This document shows, one piece after another, positions 47,339 to 55,474 of a DNA stretch of 55,474 bases (positions are counted from its first letter, which is position 1; every line of letters starts with the position of its first letter). The notes beneath the pieces were generated by a model. The model searched no databases and was not told the origin of the DNA. It was given only the letters and a program-made list of their open reading frames with translations. A program made the translations under genes and the position numbers. Source of the DNA: Burkholderiales bacterium (GTDB lineage: Bacteria; Pseudomonadota; Gammaproteobacteria; Burkholderiales; Chitinimonadaceae). The stretch covers positions 1 through 55,474 of the forward strand of contig JAFAKZ010000348.1 of NCBI GenBank assembly GCA_019234745.1, given 5' to 3'.

Positions 47339-50300
47339 ATGCCGCACGCACTGCTTCCTGCCATTCCCCTGCCGCCACCCGGCCAACGCCATCGTCTCGC
47401 CTTGCCTACTGGCTCCAGCGACGCACTGCTGCTCGCCACGCTGGGCCAAGCAACCCGGCCGATCGTCGTGCTGGTGGATGATGCCCAAAAGGCTAGCCGC
47501 CTAAAGGAAGAAATCAGCTGGTTTGCGCCCACGCTGAGCGTGGTGTTGCTGCCGGACTGGGAAACGTTGCCTTATGACAACTTTTCGCCACACCACGACC
47601 TGATCAGCGAACGCCTCGCCACGCTCTGGCTGGTAAGGCAACAGCAGGCCGACGTCATCCTGGTACCGGTACAGACGGCGCTCATGCCGCTGCCGCCGCT
47701 GGAGTACCTGACTGGCCATACCTTCTTCATCAAACAGAAAACCAAGCTGGACGTAGAGAAGCTGCGCGAAGACCTGGCCTTTGCCGGCTACAACCATACG
47801 ACGCAGGTGTACGGCCAGGGCGAGTTCTCCATCCGTGGCGGCCTGGTCGACCTGTTCCCCATGGGCTCCACCCTGCCCTACCGTCTCGACCTGTTCGACG
47901 ACGAAGTGGAAACGATTCGCACCTTCGACGTCGACACGCAGCGCAGCATCTATCCGGTGCCGGAAATCCGCATGCTGCCGGCGCGCGAGTTCCCGCTGGA
48001 CGACAACGGCCGCGCCAAGTTCCGCTCGCGCTTTCGCGAGGTGTTCGAGGGCGACCCGAGTAAGTCGCGCATCTATAAGGACGTATCCAACGGCTTGACG
48101 CCGCCCGGCATCGAATACTACTTGCCGCTGTTCTTCGACCAGACGGCGACCTTGTTCGACTATATCGGCCCTGGCGCGCTGCTGGTGCAGCACGGTGACC
48201 TGATGCAGGCCTGCGACCGCTTCTGGGCTGATACGCAGAGCCGCTACAAGATGCTCTCGGGCGACAAGGACAAGCCGCTTCTGCCGCCCACCGAGCTGTT
48301 CCTCACCGTGGAGCGCTTCTTCGGTCTGATGAAGCCCTACCGCCGCCTGGAGCTGCAGACCGTGGCGCCGGCCGTCGAAGACGCCTCGCAGAGAGGCTGG
48401 CGCGAAGCCACGCAACCGCTGCCCGACCTGCGCGTCGACCGCCGTGCGGACAACCCAATCGAAAAGTTGTCCGATTTCGTGTCCTCGCACAAAGGTCGCA
48501 TCGCCGTACTGGCCGAATCGCTCGGCCGGCGCGAAACGCTGCATCAATACTTTGCCGAGTACGGGCTGAAGGTCGATGCGCTGGATGACTGGGCCGCGTT
48601 CCTGGCGAGCAAGCTGGACGTCGCGCTGATCGTCGCGCCCCTGACCACGGGCTTTATCGTTGCGAACGGCGACATCGCGCTGATCACGGAAGCCGACCTG
48701 TACGGCAGCATCGCCACCGCCAGCCGTCGCAAGGCGGCAAAGCGCAGCAACGCCGAAGGCATGTTGCGCGATCTGTCGGAACTCAAGATCGGCGACGCCG
48801 TCGTGCATGAACAACACGGCATCGGCCGCTACCAGGGCCTGGTAAGCATGGACCTGGGCGAGGGCAATACGGAGATGTTGCTGCTGGAATATGCCGGCAG
48901 CGACAAGCTCTACGTGCCCGTATCGCAGCTGCATGTAATCAGCCGCTACGCAGGCGGCAGCGAGGAAGGCGCGCCGCTGCACAAGCTGGGATCGGGCCAA
49001 TGGGAAAAGGCCAAGCGCCGCGCGGCCGAGCAAGTACGCGATACGGCGGCCGAGCTGCTTAATCTTTACGCACGCCGCGCCGCGCGCGAGGGCTATGCCT
49101 TCGGCTTCAAGCCGCACGACTACGAAGCCTTCGCCGACGGCTTCGGCTTCGAGGAGACGCCAGACCAGGCGGCCGCAATCGAAGCCGTGATCTCCGACAT
49201 GACCTCGGGCAAGCCGATGGATCGCCTCATCTGCGGCGATGTAGGCTTCGGCAAGACGGAAGTCGCCCTCCGCGCAGCCTATGTCGCCGTCGCCGACGGC
49301 AAGCAGGTAGCGGTACTGGTACCCACTACGCTCTTGGCCGAGCAGCACTTCCAGAATTTCTCCGACCGTTTTGCCGAGTTGCCCGTACGGGTGGCCGAGC
49401 TGAGCCGCTTCCGCTCCAAGAAAGAGGTGGATGCTGCGTTGAATGGCTTGGCCGAGGGCAGCATCGATATCGTCATCGGCACCCACAAGCTGGTACAGGA
49501 CGATGTCCGCTTCAAGAACCTGGGCCTCGTGATCATCGACGAAGAGCACCGCTTTGGCGTGCGCCAGAAGGAGCAGCTCAAGGCTCTGCGCAGCGAAGTG
49601 GACGTGCTCACGCTGACGGCCACGCCCATCCCACGTACGCTTGCCATGTCGCTGGAAGGCCTGCGTGACTTCTCCGTCATCGCCACAGCGCCTTCGCGCC
49701 GTCTGGCGATCAAGACCTTCGTCGCCAACTGGAGCGACGGCGTGATCCGCGAGGCCGTGCTGCGCGAACTCAAGCGCGGCGGCCAGGTGTTCTTCCTGCA
49801 TAACGAGGTCGACACCATCGAGAACATGCGGGAGAAGCTGACGAACCTGCTGCCGGAGGCACGCATCGGCGTCGCCCACGGCCAGATGCGCGAGCGCGAC
49901 CTCGAGCATGTGATGCGCGACTTCTACCAGCAGCGCTTCAATATGCTCTTGTGTACCACCATCATCGAGACTGGCATCGACATCCCGAACGCCAATACCA
50001 TCCTGATGAACCGCGCCGACAAATTCGGCCTGGCCCAGCTGCACCAGATGCGGGGCCGCGTTGGACGTTCGCACCACCAGGCCTATGCCTACCTGATGGT
50101 GCCAGACTTGAAGAGCCTGACGCCGGCCGCACAAAAGCGCCTGGAAGCCATCCAGATGATGGAAGACCTTGGCTCGGGCTTCTATCTGGCCATGCATGAC
50201 CTGGAAATCCGCGGTGCCGGCGAGGTGCTGGGCGACGACCAGTCGGGCGAGATGCAGGAGATTGGCTTCTCGCTCTATTCCGCCATGCTCAACGAGGCAG

Positions 50301-50782
50301 TGAAGTCGCTCAAGAAGGGCGTAGAGCCCGATCTCAACGCACCGCTGGGCGTCGCGACCGAGATCAATCTGCACGCCCCTGCGCTACTGCCGGCCGATTT
50401 CTGCCCCGACGTGCACGAGCGCTTGGTGCTCTACAAGCGCCTGGCCAACTGCGAGACAGGCGACGACCTCGACGATATGCAACAGGAGCTGATCGACCGC
50501 TTCGGTCTGTTGCCGCCGCCTGCCAAGACGCTTTTGGACTGCCACCGCCTGCGCATGGTCGCCAAGCCTCTGGGCGTGCTGAAGCTCGATGCGTCGGAAT
50601 CGGCCATTTCTGTCCAGTTTGCCGCCAAGAACAATATCGACCCCATGAAGGTCTTGAAATTGATCCAGAGCAAACGCAACTACAAGCTGGCGGGCCAGGA
50701 CAAGCTGCGCGTGGAAAGCGCCCTGCCGGACGTGGCGCTGCGAGCCGTACGCGTGAAGGAGTTGTTGAACGAGCTGGTCTAG
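47339..50782 (+). CDS. mfd: Transcription-repair coupling factor
   Basis: ORF 47339..50782, 1147 aa. Has helicase motif I GDVGFGKTEVA, DEEH (IIDEEHRFG) and the TRG/translocation region. A TATAAT hexamer at 47301-47306 lies 33 nt upstream. Confidence 0.97.
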   Translation: MPHALLPAIPLPPPGQRHRLALPTGSSDALLLATLGQATRPIVVLVDDAQKASRLKEEISWFAPTLSVVLLPDWETLPYDNFSPHHDLISERLATLWLVRQQQADVILVPVQTALMPLPPLEYLTGHTFFIKQKTKLDVEKLREDLAFAGYNHTTQVYGQGEFSIRGGLVDLFPMGSTLPYRLDLFDDEVETIRTFDVDTQRSIYPVPEIRMLPAREFPLDDNGRAKFRSRFREVFEGDPSKSRIYKDVSNGLTPPGIEYYLPLFFDQTATLFDYIGPGALLVQHGDLMQACDRFWADTQSRYKMLSGDKDKPLLPPTELFLTVERFFGLMKPYRRLELQTVAPAVEDASQRGWREATQPLPDLRVDRRADNPIEKLSDFVSSHKGRIAVLAESLGRRETLHQYFAEYGLKVDALDDWAAFLASKLDVALIVAPLTTGFIVANGDIALITEADLYGSIATASRRKAAKRSNAEGMLRDLSELKIGDAVVHEQHGIGRYQGLVSMDLGEGNTEMLLLEYAGSDKLYVPVSQLHVISRYAGGSEEGAPLHKLGSGQWEKAKRRAAEQVRDTAAELLNLYARRAAREGYAFGFKPHDYEAFADGFGFEETPDQAAAIEAVISDMTSGKPMDRLICGDVGFGKTEVALRAAYVAVADGKQVAVLVPTTLLAEQHFQNFSDRFAELPVRVAELSRFRSKKEVDAALNGLAEGSIDIVIGTHKLVQDDVRFKNLGLVIIDEEHRFGVRQKEQLKALRSEVDVLTLTATPIPRTLAMSLEGLRDFSVIATAPSRRLAIKTFVANWSDGVIREAVLRELKRGGQVFFLHNEVDTIENMREKLTNLLPEARIGVAHGQMRERDLEHVMRDFYQQRFNMLLCTTIIETGIDIPNANTILMNRADKFGLAQLHQMRGRVGRSHHQAYAYLMVPDLKSLTPAAQKRLEAIQMMEDLGSGFYLAMHDLEIRGAGEVLGDDQSGEMQEIGFSLYSAMLNEAVKSLKKGVEPDLNAPLGVATEINLHAPALLPADFCPDVHERLVLYKRLANCETGDDLDDMQQELIDRFGLLPPPAKTLLDCHRLRMVAKPLGVLKLDASESAISVQFAAKNNIDPMKVLKLIQSKRNYKLAGQDKLRVESALPDVALRAVRVKELLNELV

Positions 50783-50934
50783 AGCCAGTGATTCTGCAAC
50801 ACAATATCGCCCACCAAGGTCGAGTGAAAACAAGCACTTCGCTGCAGGCGCGCCGCTGTAGGGAAAATTTCACGGAAAAGGCGCTTGAACCAGCCGCGCT
50901 TTTTCAACACAATCAATTCAAACCGGAGGAAGTA

Positions 50935-51387
50935 ATGACCGCAGTCCCCGCCCTTAGCGTCCCGATGACAGGCTCGCAGGCATTCGACACGCAGCAGCTG
51001 CACGGCACGCGCTACGTGCTCTACTTCTACCCTAAGGACAATACGCCCGGCTGCACCACCGAAGGTGGCGACTTCCGCGACCAGCATGCGGCCTTTGTGG
51101 CGGCGGGCGTAAAGGTGTTCGGCGCCAGCCGGGACAGCATCAAGTCGCACGAAGGCTTCAAGGCCAAGATGGCCTTCCCCTTCGACCTGGCGTCGGACCC
51201 GGACGAGACCCTGTGCAACGCCTTCGGTGTCATGAAGATGAAGAATATGTACGGCAAGCAGGTGCGCGGCATCGAGCGCAGTACCTTCGTCGTGAACGAG
51301 AAAGGCCAGATTGTGAAGGAATGGCGTGGCGTGAAAGTGCCGGGCCATGTGGCCGAAGTGCTAGCTTTTGTACAAACGATGAAATGA
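50935..51387 (+). CDS. bcp: Thioredoxin-dependent thiol peroxidase (peroxiredoxin Bcp)
   Basis: ORF 50788..51387. I trimmed the start to ATG 50935, preceded by GGAGGA. Has the peroxidatic Cys motif YFYPKDNTPGCTTE. Confidence 0.92.
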   Translation: MTAVPALSVPMTGSQAFDTQQLHGTRYVLYFYPKDNTPGCTTEGGDFRDQHAAFVAAGVKVFGASRDSIKSHEGFKAKMAFPFDLASDPDETLCNAFGVMKMKNMYGKQVRGIERSTFVVNEKGQIVKEWRGVKVPGHVAEVLAFVQTMK

Positions 51388-51390
51388 AAC

Positions 51391-51422
51391 AAACGCCCAT
51401 CTAACATGATGGGCGTTTTTGC
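51391..51422 (+). terminator. Rho-independent terminator after bcp
   Basis: ACGCCCATC (51393-51401), loop TAACAT, GATGGGCGT (51408-51416), followed by TTTTTGCTT. Confidence 0.85.
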
Positions 51423-51610
51423 TTAAACGGCGGTAGCATCGCCATAGATAAGTTCAAATTCAACAAGGTCGATCTTGAGTAAGGTAAATCGTTACACCCG
51501 GTTGCACCTGAACTTGCCCTCCCCTTGCACCATGCCGATCCGCATGGGCGCCGCAGTAGCTGCACCGCAATTTTCCCCCGTTCTGTCCATTACCAGCCTA
51601 GAGGAAGCCC

Positions 51611-53011
51611 ATGGCCGCCCGTAAGCCTAAATCGACCAAGCTGTTCGTGCTGGACACCAACGTGCTGATGCACGACCCCACCAGTCTGTATCGTTTCGAA
51701 GAGCACGACGTCTACCTGCCCATGGTGACGCTGGAAGAACTCGACGGCCACAAGAAAGGCATGTCGGAAGTTGCGCGCAATGCTCGTCAGGCCAGCCGTT
51801 TCCTGGACGAGATTGTCTCCGGCCGGGAGGCGGAAATTGTCGAGGGCGTCGAACTGCGCGGCCCGTCCAAGGGTATGGCCACGGGCAAGCTATTCCTGCA
51901 GACACAGGCCACTGCCATGGAACTGCCCGTGCAGCTGCCGGTTGGGAAGGCGGACAACCAGATCCTGACCGTGGTCATGCACCTGGCGCACCAGTACGTG
52001 AAACGCCATGTCGTGCTGGTGTCCAAAGACATCAATATGCGCATCAAGGCCCGCGCCCTGGGCCTGTCGTCGGAAGACTACTTCAACGACCAGGTGCTGG
52101 AGGACACTGACCTCCTCTACACCGGTGTGCGCGAGATTGACCACGACTTTTGGGAGCGCAATGGCAAGGATATGAAGAGCTGGCAGGAGGGCGGCCGCGC
52201 GCTCTACCAGCTCAAGGGCAACGACTGCTCAACCCTGCTCTTGAACCAGATGATCTTCCAGGAAGCAGAAAAGCCCTTCCTGGCCATGGTCAAGTCGGTG
52301 GAAGGCAAGACAGCCGTACTTGAGTCGATCAAGGACTACAGCCATCCCAAGAATGCCATCTGGGGCATCACGGCACGCAACCGCGAGCAGAACTTTGCGC
52401 TGAACCTGCTGATGAATCCGGACATCGACTTCATCACCCTCCTGGGCCAGGCCGGTACAGGCAAGACGCTGCTCACACTCGCCTCTGCACTGATGCTGAC
52501 ACTGGAAGAGAAGCGCTATTCCGAGATCATCATGACACGCGTTACCGTGCCCGTGGGTGAAGACATCGGCTTCCTACCGGGAACGGAAGAGGAAAAGATG
52601 GCGCCGTGGATGGGTGCGCTGGAGGACAACCTCGACGTACTCAACCAGATCGACAGCGAATCCGGAGAATGGGGACGTGCTGCCACACGCGACCTGATCC
52701 GCTCGCGCATCAAGATCAAGTCGCTCAACTTCATGCGCGGCCGCACCTTCCTCAACAAGTTCCTGATCATCGACGAGGCACAGAACCTCACGCCCAAGCA
52801 GATGAAGACGCTCATCACCCGTGCCGGCCCCGGCACCAAGGTGGTGTGCCTCGGAAATATTGCGCAGATCGATACACCCTACCTGACGGAAGGCTCATCA
52901 GGCCTGACCTATGTGGTGGATCGCTTCAAGGGTTGGGGCCATTCCGGTCACGTCACGCTGCAGCGCGGCGAGCGTTCACGCCTGGCTGACCACGCAGCAG
53001 AAGTACTGTAA
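51611..53011 (+). CDS. PIN-domain/PhoH-like ATPase fusion (PhoH2 / YlaK type)
   Basis: ORF 51611..53011. RBS GAGGAAG. Has an N-terminal PIN domain (LFVLDTNVLMHDP...VSKDINMRIKA) and a C-terminal PhoH P-loop (GQAGTGKTLL, IIDEAQNL). Confidence 0.9.
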   Translation: MAARKPKSTKLFVLDTNVLMHDPTSLYRFEEHDVYLPMVTLEELDGHKKGMSEVARNARQASRFLDEIVSGREAEIVEGVELRGPSKGMATGKLFLQTQATAMELPVQLPVGKADNQILTVVMHLAHQYVKRHVVLVSKDINMRIKARALGLSSEDYFNDQVLEDTDLLYTGVREIDHDFWERNGKDMKSWQEGGRALYQLKGNDCSTLLLNQMIFQEAEKPFLAMVKSVEGKTAVLESIKDYSHPKNAIWGITARNREQNFALNLLMNPDIDFITLLGQAGTGKTLLTLASALMLTLEEKRYSEIIMTRVTVPVGEDIGFLPGTEEEKMAPWMGALEDNLDVLNQIDSESGEWGRAATRDLIRSRIKIKSLNFMRGRTFLNKFLIIDEAQNLTPKQMKTLITRAGPGTKVVCLGNIAQIDTPYLTEGSSGLTYVVDRFKGWGHSGHVTLQRGERSRLADHAAEVL

Positions 53012-53018
53012 GACCAGA

Positions 53019-53069
53019 CCGCAGCCGCGCCCGATGTGTCGCAACATCGGGCGCGGCTGCGGCGTTTTG
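53019..53069 (+). terminator. Rho-independent terminator after the PhoH2 gene
   Basis: A 19-bp perfect stem, CCGCAGCCGCGCCCGATGT (53019-53037) paired with ACATCGGGCGCGGCTGCGG (53044-53062), loop GTCGCA, then CGTTTTGCC. Confidence 0.85.
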
Positions 53070-53151
53070 CCGACACGCGCCAAAATCGCGACCGCGCGTA
53101 CAGGCGAGCGGCTAAACTGAAGCGAAACGACAGCTTGGGAGTCTGGCGGCC

Positions 53152-53922
53152 ATGACCGTCGTCGCAGTCTTCAATCAAAAAGGGGGCGTGGGCAAGACCA
53201 CGGCCACGGCCAATCTGGCCGCCGCGATGGCGAAAAACGGGCTCGCCCCGCTGGCCATCGACTTCGATCCACAGGCCCACCTTACTGCCTTGTCCGGCCT
53301 CAACCCGACGGCCAAGGACACCATCTACGGCTTTTACCAGGACAAGCACGCGCTATCCGACCTCGTGCACACGCTGCCCAATGGGGTGAACTTCATCCCG
53401 TCCCATATGGAGCTGGCCAAGGTCGACATGATGTTGAGCCAGAACCGGCGCGACCTGCGGCGGCTCAAGAAGGCGCTGGTGGATGAGATGTTGAGCATGG
53501 ACGGCGTACCGGTGCTCATCGACTGCTGCCCCATGCTGGGTGTGCTGTCGCTGTCCGCGCTGATTGCCGCCGACGTCGTGCTGGTGCCCGTCACAGCAGA
53601 GTATCTTGCCTTGAACGGCGCGCAGCAGCTCGACCAGACCCTGCGCGGCCTGGCCGCCAAGGGCATCAAGCGCCCGCGCAAGGTATTCATCAACCGCTAC
53701 CAGCGCGGCCACCCCACATCCGAAAAGGTCGCCCTGGAACTCACGCACCGCTATGGCACGGACTTCTGCCGCACGCGTGTGTTCGAGAGCCAGAGCGTGC
53801 TGGAAGGTATCGGCCAGTACCAGGACGTATTTACCTTCGCGCCCGATTCCGAAGGCGCGGAAGACTTCAGCTATCTGCTGGACGAGCTGATCGAATGCGG
53901 CTTCATCAAGGTCAGCATGTAG
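53152..53922 (+). CDS. ParA/MinD-family P-loop ATPase (orphan; no parB or partition site visible)
   Basis: ORF 53152..53922. Has the deviant Walker A FNQKGGVGKTT, and LIDCCP / VLVPV Walker A'/B-type segments. Confidence 0.88.
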   Translation: MTVVAVFNQKGGVGKTTATANLAAAMAKNGLAPLAIDFDPQAHLTALSGLNPTAKDTIYGFYQDKHALSDLVHTLPNGVNFIPSHMELAKVDMMLSQNRRDLRRLKKALVDEMLSMDGVPVLIDCCPMLGVLSLSALIAADVVLVPVTAEYLALNGAQQLDQTLRGLAAKGIKRPRKVFINRYQRGHPTSEKVALELTHRYGTDFCRTRVFESQSVLEGIGQYQDVFTFAPDSEGAEDFSYLLDELIECGFIKVSM

Positions 53923-54827
53923 CCTTGCGATCGCTGCTGTGCGTTCTGCTTGCAGCGGCGGTACAGGCATCCGACGTCGAAGCGTGGTGGGACTTCGACC
54001 ACCCGAAGGATTCCGAGCAGCGTTTCCGCCAGGAAGTGGCCGTCGCCGAGCAAAACGGCGACTTGAATGAACGGGGCGAGCTGATGAGCCAGATTGCCCG
54101 TGCGCAAGCCATGCAGGGCCAGTTCAAGGCGGCGCAGGAAACGCTCGATCAACTGCAGCAGGAACTCCCCAAGCTCGCCCCCATTGTCAGCGTGCGCTTC
54201 ACGTTGGAACAAGGCCGCATGATCCAGGCCCTGGGTGACCCCAAACGCGCCTGGCGCTGGTACCACGCGGCATTGCAGCTGGCGCAGAAGAACAAGCTGG
54301 ACTTCTTCGCCATCGACGCCATGCACATGATGGCCTTGACCGAGAAAGGCCAGGCCGCGTTGGATTGGAATCTAAAGGCCGCTGCCTTGGCCGAACACAG
54401 CGATGCCGCCAATGCCGACGACTGGCTAGGCTCGCTGTACAACAATGTCGGCTGGCTGTATTACGACCTCAAGGACTACGACAAGTCGCTGGCCTACCTC
54501 AAGCGCGCACAAGCCTGGCATGAGGCACACGGTTCAGACAGGCCGCTGTTGATCGCGCGCTGGGGCGTGGCCAAGCTACTGCGCCTGACCGGCGAATCGG
54601 CAAAAGCCCTCGCCATACAACTCGACCTCGAGCGCGCCTGGAAGCAACATGGCACGGAAGACGGCTTCGTCTACGAAGAAGTGGCCGAGGGTTATTTCAC
54701 GGAAGGCAATATCGACAAGGCGCGGGAATACTACAGCAAGGCCTATGAGGTGATGTCGAAGGATACCTGGCTGGCGCAACGGGACCCAGCGCATCTGGCA
54801 CGCCTGAAAAAGCTGGCCAACCAATAG
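53895..54827 (+). CDS. Secreted TPR-like repeat protein
   Basis: ORF 53895..54827. Start is ATG 53895 (overlaps the ParA gene by 28 nt) or TTG 53925 (MRSLLCVLLAAAVQA|SDVE). Either gives a signal peptide. The body is helical-repeat/TPR-like (e.g. WLGSLYNNVGWLYYDLKDYDKSLAYLKRA, AEGYFTEGNIDKAREYYSKAYE). Confidence 0.72.
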   Translation: MRLHQGQHVALRSLLCVLLAAAVQASDVEAWWDFDHPKDSEQRFRQEVAVAEQNGDLNERGELMSQIARAQAMQGQFKAAQETLDQLQQELPKLAPIVSVRFTLEQGRMIQALGDPKRAWRWYHAALQLAQKNKLDFFAIDAMHMMALTEKGQAALDWNLKAAALAEHSDAANADDWLGSLYNNVGWLYYDLKDYDKSLAYLKRAQAWHEAHGSDRPLLIARWGVAKLLRLTGESAKALAIQLDLERAWKQHGTEDGFVYEEVAEGYFTEGNIDKAREYYSKAYEVMSKDTWLAQRDPAHLARLKKLANQ

Positions 54828-54844
54828 TAGGACGGCCCCCGGGA

Positions 54845-55474
54845 TTATTCGCCGGACTGCCAACCGCCGCCGTGTGCGGCATTCTCGAAGCGCGACCAGT
54901 GACCCAGGAAGGTAAGCTTGACGGTACCCGTGGGGCCGTTACGGTGCTTACCTACGATGATCTCGGCCAGACCCTTGTCCGGCGAATCCGGGTTGTAGTA
55001 CTCGTCGCGGTACAGAAAGATGATCAAGTCGGCATCCTGCTCGATGGCGCCCGATTCCCGCAAATCCGACATCATAGGGCGCTTGTTGGGGCGTTGTTCC
55101 ACCGAACGCGAGAGCTGCGACAGCGCGATGATGGGCACACGCAATTCACGCGCCAAGCCCTTGAGCGAACGGGAGATTTCGCCCAGTTCCGTGGCGCGGT
55201 TCTGGTCGCGCCCGGAACCGCTCATCAGCTGGATATAGTCGAGCACGATCAAGCCGAGCTTGCCATCGTGCTGGCGCGCCAGGCGGCGGGCGCGGGCGCG
55301 CACTTCCAGCGCGGTGAGCGCCGGCGTCTCGTCGATATAGATGGGCGCTTCGCTGAGCTTGCCAGCGGCATAGGTCAGCTTCTGCCAATCGTCGTCTTCC
55401 AGGCGCCCTGTCTTGATCTTGTGCTGATCCAGCCGACCCACGGAGCCGATCATACGCATGGCGAGCTGTGCGCC
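54845..55474 (-). CDS. dnaB: Replicative DNA helicase DnaB, C-terminal RecA-like domain (5' part outside the window)
   Basis: ORF 54845..55459 stays open to the window edge. Contains LGLIVLDYIQLM, RELRVPIIALSQLSRSVEQR, DADLIIFLYRDEYY and GKHRNGPTGTVKLTF. Confidence 0.93.
   Translation of the reverse strand, partial: GAQLAMRMIGSVGRLDQHKIKTGRLEDDDWQKLTYAAGKLSEAPIYIDETPALTALEVRARARRLARQHDGKLGLIVLDYIQLMSGSGRDQNRATELGEISRSLKGLARELRVPIIALSQLSRSVEQRPNKRPMMSDLRESGAIEQDADLIIFLYRDEYYNPDSPDKGLAEIIVGKHRNGPTGTVKLTFLGHWSRFENAAHGGGWQSGE

Noticed and set aside
47501-50374. A 957-aa ORF on the minus strand, one of the longest in the track
   Set aside because: It lies entirely antisense to mfd, whose product carries unambiguous helicase/TRCF motifs. 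Its translation is the Arg/Ala/Leu/Gly/His-rich pattern typical of shadow ORFs in high-GC DNA, where GC3 bias removes antisense stops. It has no recognisable motif, RBS or independent gap.

Overview
This 55.5-kb, high-GC segment looks like the core chromosome of a betaproteobacterium. A Burkholderiales/Oxalobacteraceae-like origin is my inference from gene content and protein sequences, not a database result. I support about 44 protein-coding genes, most on the minus strand and often chained by overlapping stop/start codons. I saw no rRNA, tRNA, CRISPR array, transposase or integrase.

Left to right:
- A complete pseudaminic-acid pathway (pseB-C-F-G-H-I, with pseI running off the left edge). 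It is preceded in the same translationally coupled chain by a TPR + GT9-like glycosyltransferase, a peptide deformylase and an MTA/MTI phosphorylase.
- GNAT, galU, ligA, zipA.
- A two-gene module: a secreted FecR-domain protein plus a response regulator with an unrecognised output domain. It sits between zipA and a divergent mrcA (PBP1A).
- Dienelactone hydrolase, an MCP, a ClC channel with CBS domains, an ABC1/UbiB-family kinase and an NlpC/P60 peptidase.
- A small orphan ORF bracketed by two related CTAGGG palindromes.
- A long minus-strand chain: a PilZ-domain protein, a conserved hypothetical, recJ, rlmB, a YnbA/PlsC/YnbB-like lipid cassette, then mutS.
- lolC/E, lolD, serB.
- A DUF1631 protein flanked by alpha/beta hydrolases, with a sharply AT-rich leader.
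- A 4xPAS-GGDEF-EAL protein, mfd, bcp, a PIN-PhoH2 ATPase, an orphan ParA-like ATPase with a secreted TPR protein, and the 3' part of dnaB.

The candidates most worth follow-up are:
- the non-Maf TPR-glycosyltransferase inside the pse operon;
- the FecR/response-regulator module;
- the large PilZ protein coupled to recJ;
- the accessory phospholipid/glycolipid cassette;
- the palindrome-bracketed orphan gene.

None of these is demonstrably a novel system from sequence alone. Many very long ORFs in the track are antisense shadow ORFs typical of high-GC DNA, and I rejected them.
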